64,000 bases of DNA from an uncultured Candidatus Saccharibacteria bacterium (lineage in GTDB: Bacteria; Patescibacteriota; Saccharimonadia; CAILAD01; CAZGYV01): the NCBI GenBank assembly GCA_964530725.1, contig CAZGYV010000003.1:9744-73743 (forward strand), read 5' to 3'. Positions within the stretch are counted from its first letter, which is position 1; each line of letters opens with the position of its first letter. The notes under the pieces were generated by a model, which did not search any database, had not been told where the DNA came from, and worked only from the letters and a program-made list of their open reading frames with translations. The position numbers and the translations under genes are program-made. Positions 12,497 through 25,048 of this stretch are shown here, one piece after another.

Positions 12497-14596
12497 TTAC
12501 TGCTTAATCAGCCAGCATGTTCCAGCACAGGTGTATTTGGCGGTTCTCTCAGCGTAGTTCTTGGACAAATCAGAGCCGTTTTTACCAACTGAGAATACCT
12601 GGACCTTGTAGGTTGCTCCGTTTGCCAAACCATATACCTTGTGGCTGGTAGTATTGGCACTGTTAATATTATTGAATTCTTTTAGCACGCCATCGGCCAA
12701 GACCTTGACCTTGTAGCCAGAGACTTGTGACCTGTCGACTGGCGGTGTCCAGGTAGCCAACAGGTAGTTATTCCACTTGCCCCAATCCCATTTTAAGATC
12801 ATGTTGGCCTCACTCGGTGACGGGATCGATATGACAGGATTGGTAATGGTAATAGAAATCGGCTCGCTTGATGCCGAGGAGCCGGCGTCATCGGTGGCTC
12901 GGACGCTGATCACGTAAGTACCGGCGGCCACGCCTGGCCATGAGTACTCGTATGGCGCTGTGGCATCTTCGGCCAGCTTAGTCTCGCCATTGAAGAATTC
13001 CACTTTAGAAATCGAGCCATCGGTGTCAGCGGCCGTAGCGTCGATACTGATGGTAGCCGGGGCATAAAATACTGTGCTCGCGCTCGGTGATGTCAATGAA
13101 ACCGTTGGCGGCTGGTTGGGGCTTGGTTTTGTCACTGTGACAGCTGCCGAATTAGCAGACTTACCAGAAGCATCGTAGGCTTTGGCATAGACGGTGTGCG
13201 TGCCAGATGTTACGGTGGTGGTGTCCCAGCTGTATTCGTAGGGGCTAGTGCTGTCGCTGCTAGCAAGCACGTTATCGATGTAGAATTCCACCTTTGTCAC
13301 TGCTATGTCGTCACTGGCCGAGGCACCGACCTGCACTTCGCCGGATATTTTAGCATTTTGCGCCGGTGACTGCATGGCGACTTCTGGCGCTGATGTATCT
13401 GTCGGGCCGCACCTAGTGGTGGCAAATTCAGTGATAGCGGCCTGGAGGTTAGCCTGATTGGCCGCAGTGTAGCCAAAGCTCTCGGCATAAACCTCAAGAT
13501 AGGTGCCGTAAAGCGGATCAGAGCCGAGATTGCGGTACATTTGAGCCCACAGATCGGTGTAATTATCGAATTGGTCATACATCTGCATGCCGCGATAAGC
13601 CTCGCGAGCGGTCGGTGTGCCTTTGTTGGCGTCTAGGCCGCTGTATTTGCCATATCCATTGCCCTGGACTAGCAGCCGGCCGCTCCAATTGGCCCACTGC
13701 GGGTGCGCACCAGCGTCAAGCATGTAGCTGAGCAACTGCGTCGTGGCGCTGCGGCCATCTGGACTGCTGTTCCAGCCGGAGAGCGGAAACTCCACCGACA
13801 GATCGGGGTAGTTTTTAACCCTCTCGTAGACAATATCGGCCAAACGCTTGTGGCCTGACAGCCATTTTTCTATGGTCAGACCATCGTCGAGCATCTCATC
13901 GTGATAATTCAGTTCCGCCCAATCGCGCCCGTACCACGGCATATGGATGAGCTTGATGTTATTGGCCTGGGCGTAGGCAACCAGACTATCGACTAGCTTA
14001 GTGTACTCGGCTTCAAAAGCTAAATTAGGCTCAAAGCCAGTGCTGCTTGGGTTGTAAGGCAGAGGCACCTTGGGTGATTTTAGCGCATCTTCCTGATCAC
14101 CGTTGGCCAAATTATTGTCAGCATCCCTGAGATAGTAATACATGCCTGATTGTGCAAACAGCCGAGCCGGGGATTTGCTACCAGCGATAACGCGGATGGT
14201 GTAATCTTGACTCGGATAGACTGCTACGATAGATTTTGCCTGGTTGAGTATGGCCGGGTTAAATACGCCGCCGGAATCAATCGAGCTCCAATTGGTTCGA
14301 AAACTGAGTCCGCGCATATTTTGATAGCTCAGGCCCTGCTTGATGGTATTGGTCACGTTTGTGAGCTGAGTGGTGGTAGCAGCCTCCTTGAGCACCCAAG
14401 TACCGCAAAAACGATCGGTCAAAGTGTTTCTTGGAGGCGCAGCCGCAGCAAAGCTCTTGATGACAAAATAGCCGATGACCGCCAGCAGCGCCAGCAGCGC
14501 GAATAAAGTGGTGGATTTATATTTGGGGTTATTTTTCAATCGCTTAAAGCTAGCGACGCGTGATTTTGTTTTTCTTGTTTGTTTTTTAGCGGGCAT
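12497..14596 (-). CDS. Membrane-anchored surface protein: putative glycoside hydrolase-like domain, two bacterial Ig-like domains, FN3-like C-terminus
   Basis: Basic N-terminus plus TM; two repeats of SP..A...A.A.D....KVEF......D...PYEYSW....GT......A.D..G; W..P...V.GYKV...GL..G.TY.VQV FN3 pattern. Confidence 0.75.
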   Translation of the reverse strand: MPAKKQTRKTKSRVASFKRLKNNPKYKSTTLFALLALLAVIGYFVIKSFAAAAPPRNTLTDRFCGTWVLKEAATTTQLTNVTNTIKQGLSYQNMRGLSFRTNWSSIDSGGVFNPAILNQAKSIVAVYPSQDYTIRVIAGSKSPARLFAQSGMYYYLRDADNNLANGDQEDALKSPKVPLPYNPSSTGFEPNLAFEAEYTKLVDSLVAYAQANNIKLIHMPWYGRDWAELNYHDEMLDDGLTIEKWLSGHKRLADIVYERVKNYPDLSVEFPLSGWNSSPDGRSATTQLLSYMLDAGAHPQWANWSGRLLVQGNGYGKYSGLDANKGTPTAREAYRGMQMYDQFDNYTDLWAQMYRNLGSDPLYGTYLEVYAESFGYTAANQANLQAAITEFATTRCGPTDTSAPEVAMQSPAQNAKISGEVQVGASASDDIAVTKVEFYIDNVLASSDSTSPYEYSWDTTTVTSGTHTVYAKAYDASGKSANSAAVTVTKPSPNQPPTVSLTSPSASTVFYAPATISIDATAADTDGSISKVEFFNGETKLAEDATAPYEYSWPGVAAGTYVISVRATDDAGSSASSEPISITITNPVISIPSPSEANMILKWDWGKWNNYLLATWTPPVDRSQVSGYKVKVLADGVLKEFNNINSANTTSHKVYGLANGATYKVQVFSVGKNGSDLSKNYAERTAKYTCAGTCWLIKQ

Positions 14597-14656
14597 ATTG
14601 AACCTAATTTATTATGCTTAAGCTTAAAGCAAATTATCGCAAAAATCAACAAAACC

Positions 14657-14685
14657 AAAAACCACCCTTGCGGCAGGGTGGCTTT
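14657..14685 (-). terminator. Terminator after rpsG
   Basis: CCACCCT/AGGGTGG stem with T run on minus strand. Confidence 0.7.
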
Positions 14686-14704
14686 CAAGCGCTTTGACTA
14701 ATTT

Positions 14705-15181
14705 TTAATACCGGGCGAAGTGGGCGAAGGCCTTGTTGGCCTCGGCCATGCGATGGGTGTCTTCTTTTTTGCGGATGGCCTCACCAGTGTTGTTGTAGGC
14801 GTCAAGCAGCTCAACAGCTAGCTTATGGTCAAATGATTTACCGGATTTATGGCGAGCAGCATCTAGTATCCAAATCATCGCGTAGTGAATCTTGCGATCA
14901 CCTCGCACTTCGATTGGTACTTGGTAGTTAGCACCGCCAATACGCTTGCTTTTCACCTGTACCTGGGGGCTAGCGTTTTTAATGGCTGCCTCAAATACTT
15001 CGACGGGGTCTTTTTTGGCCTTTTGGCCGACTTCCTCGAGAGCGGCATACACCAACGTTTCGGCTAAGCGCTTTTTGCCATCTTTCATGACTTTGTTGAT
15101 CATGCGCGTTACCATGACATTTTGATAAACAATATCAGCTGGCAATTCGCGTTTGAGAGATTTAGTTTTTTTACGTGGCAT
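14705..15181 (-). CDS. rpsG: 30S ribosomal protein S7
   Basis: MPRK...MKDGKK...RIGGANYQVP...HRMAEANKAFAH. Confidence 0.98.
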   Translation of the reverse strand: MPRKKTKSLKRELPADIVYQNVMVTRMINKVMKDGKKRLAETLVYAALEEVGQKAKKDPVEVFEAAIKNASPQVQVKSKRIGGANYQVPIEVRGDRKIHYAMIWILDAARHKSGKSFDHKLAVELLDAYNNTGEAIRKKEDTHRMAEANKAFAHFARY

Positions 15182-15184
15182 GGA

Positions 15185-15604
15185 TTAGCCCTTCGCTTTC
15201 TCTAGTTTAGCACCGTACTTACTGCGACCCTGCTTACGATTGGCAGTACCAGCGGTATCAAGCGCGCCGCGAACAATGTGATAGCGCACGCCGGGAAGGT
15301 CTTTGACGCGACCACCGCGAATCAACACCACCGAGTGCTCTTGCAGGTTGTGACCAATACCAGGAATGTAAGCTGTCACCTCCATACCGTTCGTAAGGCG
15401 CACACGAGCCACCTTACGAAGCGCGGAGTTGGGCTTTTTCGGTGTCTGCGTAAAAACCTTGACACAAACACCACGCTTAAAAGGTGAATTACTCGTATTG
15501 ACGCGGCCTTTTAAGGCATTGAAGCTACGGCCTAAAGCCGGCGCCTTGCTTTTACGTCTGGCGTCTTTTCTTGGTTTGCGAATTAGTTGGTTGATTGTAG
15601 GCAT
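15185..15604 (-). CDS. rpsL: 30S ribosomal protein S12
   Basis: MPTINQL...[10 protein letters not shown]...[12 protein letters not shown]. Confidence 0.99.
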   Translation of the reverse strand: MPTINQLIRKPRKDARRKSKAPALGRSFNALKGRVNTSNSPFKRGVCVKVFTQTPKKPNSALRKVARVRLTNGMEVTAYIPGIGHNLQEHSVVLIRGGRVKDLPGVRYHIVRGALDTAGTANRKQGRSKYGAKLEKAKG

Positions 15605-15628
15605 AGTGTCTAAAAGTGTAACTTGGTT

Positions 15629-15657
15629 AGTTTACCAGATTAAGCCCACGTGGTCAA
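15629..15657 (-). promoter_or_regulatory. sigma70-type promoter for rpsLG
   Basis: TTGACC-N17-TAAACT with TG extension. Confidence 0.65.
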
Positions 15658-15678
15658 GAAGCGAACTCCTGTCCACGC

Positions 15679-18600
15679 TTATTTCTCACTCTCGTCATCG
15701 CGAAAGCCCGTACCGACCGGTATTAGGCGGCCGATGATGACATTCTCTTTGAGGCCACGAAGCTTGTCGTGCTTACCGCGCATAGCAGCACCAATCAAGA
15801 CACGAGTCGTTTCCTGGAAAGAAGCGGCCGACAGCCAGCTGTCTGAGGTGGTCGAGATCTTGGTGATCGACAACAACAACTGCTCGTAAGTTGCCAGCTG
15901 GCCTTTTTCGGACTTAACACGGACATTTTCTTCTTCCAGAGCGGTACGTGAGACAACTTCGCCAGAAATAAAGCTGGCATCATTTGGCTCTTCAATTCGC
16001 ACCCGGCTAAACATCTGGCGAATAATCACTTCGATGTGCTTAGAAGCGATAGTTTGGCCCTGGCTGGAATAAATGGACTGGACCTCATCGACGATGTAGC
16101 GCTGAACAGCCTCTTCACCCAAGAGACGCAGCATATCTTGCAAATTAACCGAGCCTTCGGTTAATTTTTGCCCAACCGTAACCAAGTCACCTTTTTTCAC
16201 CTCTAGAGTGACGTGTGCTGGAATGGTATATTCGCGGCTAGCACCGCCATCGTGGGTTAGGACAATGGCAGTTTTACCAACCTTGACAGTACCATCGGCC
16301 GAGGCCTTCACGCTCTTCTTACCATCTTTGGCAGTCGCTAAAACATCACCATGCTTAACCACTTGACCAGTTTTAACTTTAGTTTTCATCGTAGCATCGA
16401 TCTTATAATCAGTCGTTTTAAGATCAGGTGGTGCAATGCGGATAATCTGCTTGCCATCGTGATCCCTAATGGCAACTACGCCATCAACTTCGGAGAGAAT
16501 CGCCTCGCCTTTTGGATTACGGGCTTCGAATATCTCCTCAACCCGGGGTAAACCTTGAGTGATATCTTCAGCGCTAGCCACACCACCGGCGTGGAAGGTT
16601 TTCATGGTAAGCTGCGTGCCCGGCTCGCCAATACTCTGAGCGGCCACAATACCAACAGCTTCACCAAGTGCCACTCCGGCACCACGGGCCAAGTCTAGAC
16701 CATAACACTTCTGGCAGATGCCCCAAGTTGCCTTACATTTTAGTACCGAGCGAATTCTAACTGATTCAAGCTGTGCTTTGGCAATCTGACGAGCTATCTC
16801 GTCAGTAATCATAGCATTGCGCTTAACCAATACTTTACCAGTGGCAGAATCGATAATCTGAGCAGCAGCCACTCGGCCAACCACCCAGCTAGCTAAGCTA
16901 TCTTCACCAACAGCCAAAGCCTCGGCCGTAGTCAAGCTATAGCCTTCTTTATCACCACAGTCTTCGATGGTCACAACAATATCCTGAGCCACGTCGACCA
17001 AGCGACGAGTTAAGTAGCCCGATTCGGCCGTCTTAAGCGCGGTGTCGGTCAGACCCTTGCGAGCACCGTGGGTTGAAATAAAGTATTCCAAGACCGACAA
17101 ACCTTCTCGATAGTTACTCTTGATTGGTAGCTCGATCGTCTTACCAGTCGGATCAAGCACCAGCCCCAAGAATCCAGCCATCTGGTTCACCTGACCAACT
17201 GTTGCCCGAGCACCCGATTCAATGTCGCGGGCCAGCGACGAGGTAACTGGATCGAGTTCACTAACCAATTCCTTTTCGACTTGCTCGCCGACTTGCTTCC
17301 AGGCTTCGATCGTCTTCTCATAACGCTCGTCGTCAGTGATGAAACCCTGCTCGTATTGTCTGGCGTATTCGATCACTTTCTTTTCGCCTTCATCGATAAT
17401 GGCTTGCTTATTAGCAGGCGACACCAAGTCATCGATACCAATTGAAATACCTGATTGAGTAGCATAACGGAAACCTAAATCTTTAATGTCGTCAGCTAGC
17501 TTAGCGGTTGCTTCATTGCCAAACTCCGCAAAAACCTTGGCCATGATCTTTTTAAGCTCCGATTTGGTCATAGTCTTGTTGAGAAACTCAATGTTTGATG
17601 GCAAGATTTCTTGGAATAGCAAACGGCCGACAGTCGTCTCGGCTAATTCGCCATTTAGACGAACTTTCACCTTGGCTTGCAAGGCAACTGCGCCATCGGC
17701 CTGGGCGTAAATAGCCTCGGCCGGATCGCCAAAAACTTTACCTTCACCCGTCAAGCCGTCTTTGGCCAGCGTCAGATAGTAACAGCCCAGTACGATATCT
17801 TGAGCGGCATTAACAATTGGCTCACCACTCGATGGCTTGAGCAAGTTGTGCTTAGACAGCATAATATCGCGCGCTTCTTTCTGCGAAGCTTCGGACAGGG
17901 GCACGTGGACGGCCATCTGGTCGCCATCAAAGTCGGCATTGAAGGCCGCGCAGACCATCGGGTGCAACTGAATAGCCTTACCTTCGATCAGAATTGGCTT
18001 AAAAGCTTGAATACCAAGCCTGTGCAAGGTTGGCGCGCGATTCAAAAGCACGTACTTGTCCTTGATGACTTCATCGAGAGTATCCCAAACTTCGGTTCTA
18101 GCCCGCTCGATCATACGACTGGCACTTTTGACATTGTGAGCATAACCGTGAGCGATTAAGCGTCCGACTACGAACGGCTTAAACAACTCTAACGCCATCA
18201 TCTTAGGCAAACCACACTGGTTGAGCTTGAGGTGCGGACCGATCACGATGACCGATCGACCAGAGTAGTCAACCCGCTTACCAAGCAAGTTCTGGCGGAA
18301 TCGTCCTTGCTTGCCTTTGAGCAGGTCAGTCAAGCTCTTGGGTTTCTTGCGTCCGCCAGCAGCAGATACTGTGCGCTCACGACGAGCATTGTTGTCAATC
18401 AAAGCGTCAACCGCTTCTTGAAGCATACGTTTTTCATTGCGGCAGATAACTTCCGGCGCTTCGAGCTCGTAGAGTTTTTTCAATCGATTATTGCGATTAA
18501 TCACCCGGCGGTAAAGATCATTCAAATCGGAAGCTGCGAATCGGCCGCCATCAAGCTGTACCATTGGCCGCAAATCAGGCGGAATAACTGGCAGTTCAGT

Positions 18601-19464
18601 GATAATCATCCACTCGGGACGCAAACCAGCCTGCACCATGCCTTCAATCATCTTCAAACGTTTTAAAGCTTTTTTCTTCTTTTGCCCAACCGAATCGGCC
18701 GCCTCTTTAGAGAGATTTTTTGCCAATTCTTCCAAGTCAATTTCGCTCAAGAGCTGTCTAATCGCCTCAGCGCCAATACCAGCCCGGAAAACTTCACCAA
18801 ATTTTAAGTTGAGCTCACGGTAGCGACCTTCCGGCAGCAACTGATATTTAGCGAGGTTCAAAAGCTCGGTCTTAGCATTGGTGTAGTTTAATTCTAGCTC
18901 GGTCAACTCATCTTCGACTTCTTTCGCTAACATCTGGCCGTCTTTGACATCATGCTTCTTGATAATGTCAGCTCGACGAGTCTTAAAATCCTCTTCCAGA
19001 TCTCTGAGCGCCTTTTCTCGCGCCTCATCGTTAACATCGGTCACGACAAAGTTAGCGAAGTAAATAACTCGCTCCAAATCGCGGACTCCGATATTTAATA
19101 CTAGACCAATGCTTGATGGCGTGCCGCGCAGCAGCCAGATGTGAGCGATTGGCACGGCCAAGCGAATGTGACCCATACGCTCACGGCGCACGATCGAGCG
19201 CGTCACCAAGACGCCACACTTATCACAAACAATGCTTTTATAGCGAATGCCTTTGTATTTGCCGCAGTAACACTGCCAGTCTTTGGTCGGACCAAAAATC
19301 TTTTCGCAGAAGAGGCCGTCTTTTTCTGGCTTTTGAGTCCGGTAGTTAATCGTTTCCGGCTTGGTTATTTCACCATTTGACCAGTTTAAAATCTGCTCTG
19401 GTGAAGCCATCGACAAGCTGATAGCTTCGAAGTCGATTGTGGTTTGATCGCTTGCGAGTGTCAT
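15679..19464 (-). CDS. rpoC: RNA polymerase beta' subunit
   Basis: [10 protein letters not shown]-x-C...C-x2-C zinc site, [26 protein letters not shown]. Confidence 0.99.
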   Translation of the reverse strand: MTLASDQTTIDFEAISLSMASPEQILNWSNGEITKPETINYRTQKPEKDGLFCEKIFGPTKDWQCYCGKYKGIRYKSIVCDKCGVLVTRSIVRRERMGHIRLAVPIAHIWLLRGTPSSIGLVLNIGVRDLERVIYFANFVVTDVNDEAREKALRDLEEDFKTRRADIIKKHDVKDGQMLAKEVEDELTELELNYTNAKTELLNLAKYQLLPEGRYRELNLKFGEVFRAGIGAEAIRQLLSEIDLEELAKNLSKEAADSVGQKKKKALKRLKMIEGMVQAGLRPEWMIITELPVIPPDLRPMVQLDGGRFAASDLNDLYRRVINRNNRLKKLYELEAPEVICRNEKRMLQEAVDALIDNNARRERTVSAAGGRKKPKSLTDLLKGKQGRFRQNLLGKRVDYSGRSVIVIGPHLKLNQCGLPKMMALELFKPFVVGRLIAHGYAHNVKSASRMIERARTEVWDTLDEVIKDKYVLLNRAPTLHRLGIQAFKPILIEGKAIQLHPMVCAAFNADFDGDQMAVHVPLSEASQKEARDIMLSKHNLLKPSSGEPIVNAAQDIVLGCYYLTLAKDGLTGEGKVFGDPAEAIYAQADGAVALQAKVKVRLNGELAETTVGRLLFQEILPSNIEFLNKTMTKSELKKIMAKVFAEFGNEATAKLADDIKDLGFRYATQSGISIGIDDLVSPANKQAIIDEGEKKVIEYARQYEQGFITDDERYEKTIEAWKQVGEQVEKELVSELDPVTSSLARDIESGARATVGQVNQMAGFLGLVLDPTGKTIELPIKSNYREGLSVLEYFISTHGARKGLTDTALKTAESGYLTRRLVDVAQDIVVTIEDCGDKEGYSLTTAEALAVGEDSLASWVVGRVAAAQIIDSATGKVLVKRNAMITDEIARQIAKAQLESVRIRSVLKCKATWGICQKCYGLDLARGAGVALGEAVGIVAAQSIGEPGTQLTMKTFHAGGVASAEDITQGLPRVEEIFEARNPKGEAILSEVDGVVAIRDHDGKQIIRIAPPDLKTTDYKIDATMKTKVKTGQVVKHGDVLATAKDGKKSVKASADGTVKVGKTAIVLTHDGGASREYTIPAHVTLEVKKGDLVTVGQKLTEGSVNLQDMLRLLGEEAVQRYIVDEVQSIYSSQGQTIASKHIEVIIRQMFSRVRIEEPNDASFISGEVVSRTALEEENVRVKSEKGQLATYEQLLLSITKISTTSDSWLSAASFQETTRVLIGAAMRGKHDKLRGLKENVIIGRLIPVGTGFRDDESEK

Positions 19465-19465
19465 C

Positions 19466-22400
19466 TTATTTCTCCTCTTCTTCTGTTAGGCTGGTTTCTT
19501 TTTCACTTTTATTAGCCGCGCCTTCGGCTAGAGCCGCGAAATCATCTTCGCCGCCCGCCTCTAGGTCAACTACGGGATTGTCCTCGATCGCATTCGTGCC
19601 TTCGAGTAGCTTTTCATCGCCCAAATCAACCGCGTCGTCTTTAATCGCATGCGCAATTAGCTCTTCGGCGTCTAACTCGGCACCGTCAGATTTTTCCAGC
19701 TCGACAGCCATCGACAGACTTTGCAATTCTTTGACCAAGACGTGGAATGACTCCGGAATACGGGGGCCTTTAATCTCTTCGTCCTTGATAATCGACTCAT
19801 AGGCCTTAGATCGGCCAATTACGTCATCAGACTTGATCGTCAGTATTTCCTGCAAGCTGTTGGCGGCACCATAGGCCTCCAGCGCCCAGACTTCCATCTC
19901 GCCAAACCGCTGCCCACCCATTTGAGCTTTACCGCCCAATGGCTGCTGCGTGACCATGGCGTATGGCCCGGTCGAACGCGCGTGAATCTTATCATCAACC
20001 ATGTGTTGGAGTTTTAGCATGTAATTGTAGCCGATGGTGGTTTTCTCGGCGAAAGGCTCGCCGGTGTGACCATCATAAAGCTGCGCCTTGCCGTCCTCTG
20101 GCAAGCCCGCTTTTTTAAGCTCACCCTTGATTTGATCGATTGAAATACCATCAAACACTGGCGTAGCCACATTGTAACCAAGGGTTTTAGCAGCCCAACC
20201 CAAGTGGGTCTCGAGTATCTGACCCAAGTTCATACGGGCACCCACACCTAGAGGGTTAAGGATGATATCAACTGGCGTACCATCTGCCGTGTAGGGCATA
20301 TCTTCGGTTGGTAGAATTCGTGAAATTACGCCCTTGTTGCCATGCCGGCCGGCCATCTTATCGCCAACCGAGATCTTGCGCATCTGCGCCACGTCAACAT
20401 AGATCTGTTCCAAAACTCCAGCTGGCAATTCGTCGCCATTCTCACGACTCAATACCTTAATGCCGACAACCTTACCTACGGCGCCGTTTGGCAAGCGCAG
20501 GCTGGAATCCTTGACGTCGCGAGCTTTTTCGCCAAAAATTGCCCGCAACAAGCGCTCTTCGCTCGAGAGATCAGTCTCGCCTTTGGGCGTGATCTTACCC
20601 ACTAAAATGTCACCAGCACCGACTTCGGCACCAATTCGAACAACGCCGTTTTCATCTAAATCTTTAAGGGCTTCTTCGCTGACATTCGGGATGTCATGGG
20701 TTACTATTTCTGAACCAAGCTTGGTATCGCGCACGTCTATCTGGTGGGTTTCAATGTGAATCGAAGTGTAACGATCAGCTTGCACCAAGCGCTGAGAGAT
20801 AATGATCGCGTCTTCGTAGTTGAGGCCATTAAATGGCATGAAGGCTACTAACACGTTTTGGCCAAGCGCCAGCTCGCCGTTGACGGTACTCATACCATCA
20901 ACCAAGACGTCGCCTTTTTTAACCTTCTGGCCAGCCGCCACTAAAACACGTTGATGGATCGAGGAGCCCTGATTAGAGCGGGTGAAATTAATCAACTCAT
21001 AGGTCTTGCTGTCACTATTCTTGTACTTGACTGTCACTGCTTCGGCGGTGGCATTAACGACTTCACCGTCAGCTTCGGCCAAAATAACCTGACCTGAATC
21101 CTGGGCCGCCTTAGCCTCAATACCAGTACCGACCACCGGAGCCTGTGGCCGCACCAACGCCACAGCCTGACGTTGCATGTTTGCGCCCATCAAAGCCCGC
21201 TTGGCATTATCGTGCTCCAAGAACGGAATCAAAGCTGTCGATACGCTCACAATTTGCTTCGACGAGACATCCATGTAATCGACATTGTCAGCTACTTCTT
21301 CATCAGCCTCGCCCTTGATACCACGTACCGATACGCGAGCGTCTTTGAAGTAGCCATTTTCATCGGTTGGCGTATTGGCCTGAGCGATAACAGCCTTTTC
21401 TTCATCGGATGCATCTAGATAAACGATTTCTTTGGTCAGACGAGCTTTAATCGGTACTAAGTCAATGTTGGCTTTATCTAGTTTTTTAATCGTCGCTTCG
21501 GTGATTTTGTCACCCACTTTAACGATAACAGTACCTTTGCTGTCTTTGATTATTTTTCGGGCGATTTCACCAGCAGCTTTTTTAGCTGGCACTTCATTGA
21601 GTACCCGCAAATACGGGCTTTCGATGAAACCGTATTCGTTGACCCGAGCGTAAGTAGCCAATGTCGAAACAAGACCGATATTCGGACCTTCCGGCGTCTC
21701 GATCGGACAAATCCGGCCGTAGTGAGTCCTGTGAACGTCACGCACCTCGAAGCCAGCTCGCTCGCGCGACAGTCCGCCCGGCCCCATAGCGTTGAGGCGA
21801 CGCTTATGAACTATCTCCGCTAACGGATTCACTTGGTCCATAAACTGTGACAATTGGTGGCTAGCGAAAAACTCTTTGACACTAGCAACAATCGGCCGTA
21901 CATTGATCAGCTGACCAGGAGTAATTGACTCGGGATCAGCCACGCTCATACGGTCCTTGATGATACGCTCCATGCGCACCAAACCAATGCGGAATTTAGC
22001 TTGGATTAGCTCGCCCACCATCTTGAGGCGGCGATTGCCCAAGTGATCAATGTCCTCACCGCGAGCACCGTCATTGCTCATACGGATAATCTCGCGAATA
22101 ATCTCAATCAAATCTTCTTTGTGCAAGACTCGATTTTCTGGTGTGTTCGGGGTTTTAAGGCCAAGACGCTTATTGATTTTGTAGCGACCAACTTTAGAAA
22201 AATCGTAACGCTTAAAATCGAAAAACATCGAATCAATCAAGCTCTTCGAGTTGTCAACTGTCGCCAAATCACCCGGGCGAATACGACGGTAAACTTCCAT
22301 CAGAGCTTCAGCAGTGCTGCTTGACGGATCTTTGACAATCGTCTCGTCGATAAATTTAACTTCACCTTGGTCAACATCGGCAAACAACGTTTTAAGATCT

Positions 22401-22999
22401 TTGTCGCTACCGTAGCCAAAAGCCCGCAACAGCGTCGTAACCGGCAGCTTGCGTTTGCGGTCAATCTTGACGCTCATCACCCCGTTAGGAGCAGTCTCGA
22501 TCTCGAGCCAAGCACCGCGGCTAGGGATGATTTTGGCGCCCAAGTATTCATTGCCGGCACTGTTATCGGTCGTGAAAAACACGCCAGGTGAGCGCACCAA
22601 CTGCGACACCACTACCCGCTCGACACCGTTGATAATAAAAGTACCGCGATCGGTCATGATCGGGAAGTCACCCATAAATATTTCTTGGTTTTTGGTCTCG
22701 CCGGTTTCTTTATTAACTAGCTCGATCACTGCCCGCAGGCTGGCTTCGTAGCTGATATTTTTTTCTTTGGCTTGCGACTCGGTGTATTTTGGAGCCTCAA
22801 AATGATAATCGCGGAAATATAGGGCGTATTTTTTGCCTGTAAAGTCTTCGACTGGAGAAACTTCTTCGAATAATTCCTTGAGACCTTGCTCGACAAACCA
22901 GTGGTAAGATTCAGTTTGAATCTCTATTAAATTTGGTAGGGGCAAAATGTCTTTATTTTTGTTTAGATAAACGCGCTCGGGGGTTTTGGCTTTGGGCAT
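19466..22999 (-). CDS. rpoB: RNA polymerase beta subunit
   Basis: [41 protein letters not shown]; AAGGAG upstream. Confidence 0.99.
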   Translation of the reverse strand: MPKAKTPERVYLNKNKDILPLPNLIEIQTESYHWFVEQGLKELFEEVSPVEDFTGKKYALYFRDYHFEAPKYTESQAKEKNISYEASLRAVIELVNKETGETKNQEIFMGDFPIMTDRGTFIINGVERVVVSQLVRSPGVFFTTDNSAGNEYLGAKIIPSRGAWLEIETAPNGVMSVKIDRKRKLPVTTLLRAFGYGSDKDLKTLFADVDQGEVKFIDETIVKDPSSSTAEALMEVYRRIRPGDLATVDNSKSLIDSMFFDFKRYDFSKVGRYKINKRLGLKTPNTPENRVLHKEDLIEIIREIIRMSNDGARGEDIDHLGNRRLKMVGELIQAKFRIGLVRMERIIKDRMSVADPESITPGQLINVRPIVASVKEFFASHQLSQFMDQVNPLAEIVHKRRLNAMGPGGLSRERAGFEVRDVHRTHYGRICPIETPEGPNIGLVSTLATYARVNEYGFIESPYLRVLNEVPAKKAAGEIARKIIKDSKGTVIVKVGDKITEATIKKLDKANIDLVPIKARLTKEIVYLDASDEEKAVIAQANTPTDENGYFKDARVSVRGIKGEADEEVADNVDYMDVSSKQIVSVSTALIPFLEHDNAKRALMGANMQRQAVALVRPQAPVVGTGIEAKAAQDSGQVILAEADGEVVNATAEAVTVKYKNSDSKTYELINFTRSNQGSSIHQRVLVAAGQKVKKGDVLVDGMSTVNGELALGQNVLVAFMPFNGLNYEDAIIISQRLVQADRYTSIHIETHQIDVRDTKLGSEIVTHDIPNVSEEALKDLDENGVVRIGAEVGAGDILVGKITPKGETDLSSEERLLRAIFGEKARDVKDSSLRLPNGAVGKVVGIKVLSRENGDELPAGVLEQIYVDVAQMRKISVGDKMAGRHGNKGVISRILPTEDMPYTADGTPVDIILNPLGVGARMNLGQILETHLGWAAKTLGYNVATPVFDGISIDQIKGELKKAGLPEDGKAQLYDGHTGEPFAEKTTIGYNYMLKLQHMVDDKIHARSTGPYAMVTQQPLGGKAQMGGQRFGEMEVWALEAYGAANSLQEILTIKSDDVIGRSKAYESIIKDEEIKGPRIPESFHVLVKELQSLSMAVELEKSDGAELDAEELIAHAIKDDAVDLGDEKLLEGTNAIEDNPVVDLEAGGEDDFAALAEGAANKSEKETSLTEEEEK

Positions 23000-23049
23000 A
23001 TTGAAAAAATACTCCTTGATTACTTTTTGCCGACTAAAAGTTCTAACAG

Positions 23050-23122
23050 GAGGTTTTTCTAAACGTGCAAAAAACCGGCTAGCCTAAGCTATCTCCGGTG
23101 TTTTTATTGTTTAAGCATCCTC
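23050..23122 (-). promoter_or_regulatory. Structured rpoB leader with terminator-like hairpin
   Basis: Nested pairings GAGG/CCTC, TTAAAC/GTTTAG, ACCGG/CCGGT followed by T run, upstream of rpoB SD. Confidence 0.5.
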
Positions 23123-23143
23123 TTGGAGTCTATAATAGTGATT

Positions 23144-24412
23144 TTAATGGCCGCTGTCAACAGTTTTGAGATGATATTTGCGAAAGAAATTACGCTGGAA
23201 GATCGCGTAGATAAATATCAACGCCCCCGCCACGATCAAAACGGTCGTCGGTGACACCAAATCGGCACTAACCCCGGCTAACAACACCGGCAAAGTAGCC
23301 GCGATATTGATCATCATATTAAGTGCCCCAAAAATCTGCCCCCTTGTCTGATCAGTGCTATTAAGCTGCAAAATCGTCTGCGCCGACACGCTCACTAGCG
23401 CGTTTATAAAGCCCAGCGCCAACGCCACAGCCACGACGGCCGGCACCAGTAGTCGCGGGGGCACGATCCTACCAAGCGAACCAAAAATAACCAGCCCCGC
23501 TGCCGCCCCAAACAAACCGATACTGATTAGCTTGGCTCTGTCACTATCACGAAAGATCTGGCCAATCAGCACCGCCCCACCAATCATACCGATACCGGCC
23601 GGCAACACCAATATATATGTGGCTTGACTGAGACTGCGCTCCAACAGCAGCAATGAGAGCGATGGTGCGAGCACGATGATTACATTGGTCATGGCCTGAG
23701 CGATCGTTAACTGCAGGATCGGAAACAGCAATCCGTGGCTTTTCATGATTTTAGACATACTGGTGCGCAAATTGGCCGCTACTTTCTGAGCCAAATCAAT
23801 CAGGCCGACATGGGTTTTATCAGTCGCTCGCAAACTAGGCAAGAAAACACTCAAAATCGCCGCCACGCCAAAAGCTGCCGAAGTGGTGTAGTAAGCCGCG
23901 TCCGGCCCCAGCCCAGCCACCACCGGCCCGGCCAAGGAATAGCCGAGCAAAAAGGAAGCATAGATCGTAAAGATAAACAACGAATTAGCCGGCATGAGGT
24001 CTTTTTTATCGACAACATTTGGCAGAGCCGCGCCTTCGGCTGGAATGAAAAATTGGGTGATCGTCGAGATGATAAAGATTAATAAGTAGATTGCCCATAG
24101 ATTCTGTTCAATCGAGCCGATTAAAAAGCATAACACCAGCCCGGCACGGAGTAAGTTCGAAGCCACCATCACTTTTTTTCGATCGAGATGGTCAATATAA
24201 GCCCCGGCATAGACCGCGAAGAAAATTGATGGAATCCCGAAGCTCAAGATCAGCAAACTAACCGCCACGTTGGCAAAGCGAGTGCCTTGGGCAAGCTCAA
24301 AAACCCTAATTATTAAGGCGAAGTTTAGTAAATTGGAAGCAATTTGCGATAAGAGCTGCGAGCCCCAGAGCTTTAAGAAGTTAAAATTCTTAAATAAATC
24401 GCGATAAACCAA
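23144..24412 (-). CDS. MFS transporter
   Basis: About 12 hydrophobic segments; GAYIDHLDRKK motif A-like loop. Confidence 0.9.
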   Translation of the reverse strand: MVYRDLFKNFNFLKLWGSQLLSQIASNLLNFALIIRVFELAQGTRFANVAVSLLILSFGIPSIFFAVYAGAYIDHLDRKKVMVASNLLRAGLVLCFLIGSIEQNLWAIYLLIFIISTITQFFIPAEGAALPNVVDKKDLMPANSLFIFTIYASFLLGYSLAGPVVAGLGPDAAYYTTSAAFGVAAILSVFLPSLRATDKTHVGLIDLAQKVAANLRTSMSKIMKSHGLLFPILQLTIAQAMTNVIIVLAPSLSLLLLERSLSQATYILVLPAGIGMIGGAVLIGQIFRDSDRAKLISIGLFGAAAGLVIFGSLGRIVPPRLLVPAVVAVALALGFINALVSVSAQTILQLNSTDQTRGQIFGALNMMINIAATLPVLLAGVSADLVSPTTVLIVAGALIFIYAIFQRNFFRKYHLKTVDSGH

Positions 24413-24448
24413 TTGACTGACCGCCTTCCTAAAAAGAGTGTTGTTATT

Positions 24449-25048
24449 TTATGGAGCCTTCGTGATCACTGCGTCAACGATACCATAGTCCTTCGCTTCC
24501 TTGGCCCCCATCCAAAAATCCCGATCCATGTCGGCAGTAACGCGGTCGAGCTTCTGTCCTGTGCGCTCGGCCAAGATCCGGTTTAGCTCCTCCCGGATCT
24601 TCAGGATTTCCTTGGCCGTTATCTCGATATCAGCTGCCGTCCCTTGGAAGCCACCTGATGGCTGATGAATCATTACCCGACTATTAGGCAGACTAAAGCG
24701 CTTACCTTTAGCACCGCAAGCTGCCAGAATCGCACCCATACTAGCAGCCATACCAACCACAATCGTCGACACGTCTGGTGCAACATGCTCCATCGTATCG
24801 AAAATCGCCAACCCCGCTGTGACGCTACCACCAGGCGAGTTGATGTAGAGCTTGATATCAGAATTTGGATCCTCACCCTGCAAGAAAAGTAACTGCGCGA
24901 TCACAAGATTAGCCACCGTGTCATCAATCTCAGTACCGAGAAAAATAATCCGGTCTTTGAGTAGTCGCGAATAAATATCATAAGCCCGCTCGCCCATGCT
25001 TGATTTTTCAATCACGGTTGGGATTAGAATCTGGTTTTTAACGCTCAT
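24449..25048 (-). CDS. clpP: ATP-dependent Clp protease proteolytic subunit
   Basis: [35 protein letters not shown]. Confidence 0.98.
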   Translation of the reverse strand: MSVKNQILIPTVIEKSSMGERAYDIYSRLLKDRIIFLGTEIDDTVANLVIAQLLFLQGEDPNSDIKLYINSPGGSVTAGLAIFDTMEHVAPDVSTIVVGMAASMGAILAACGAKGKRFSLPNSRVMIHQPSGGFQGTAADIEITAKEILKIREELNRILAERTGQKLDRVTADMDRDFWMGAKEAKDYGIVDAVITKAP

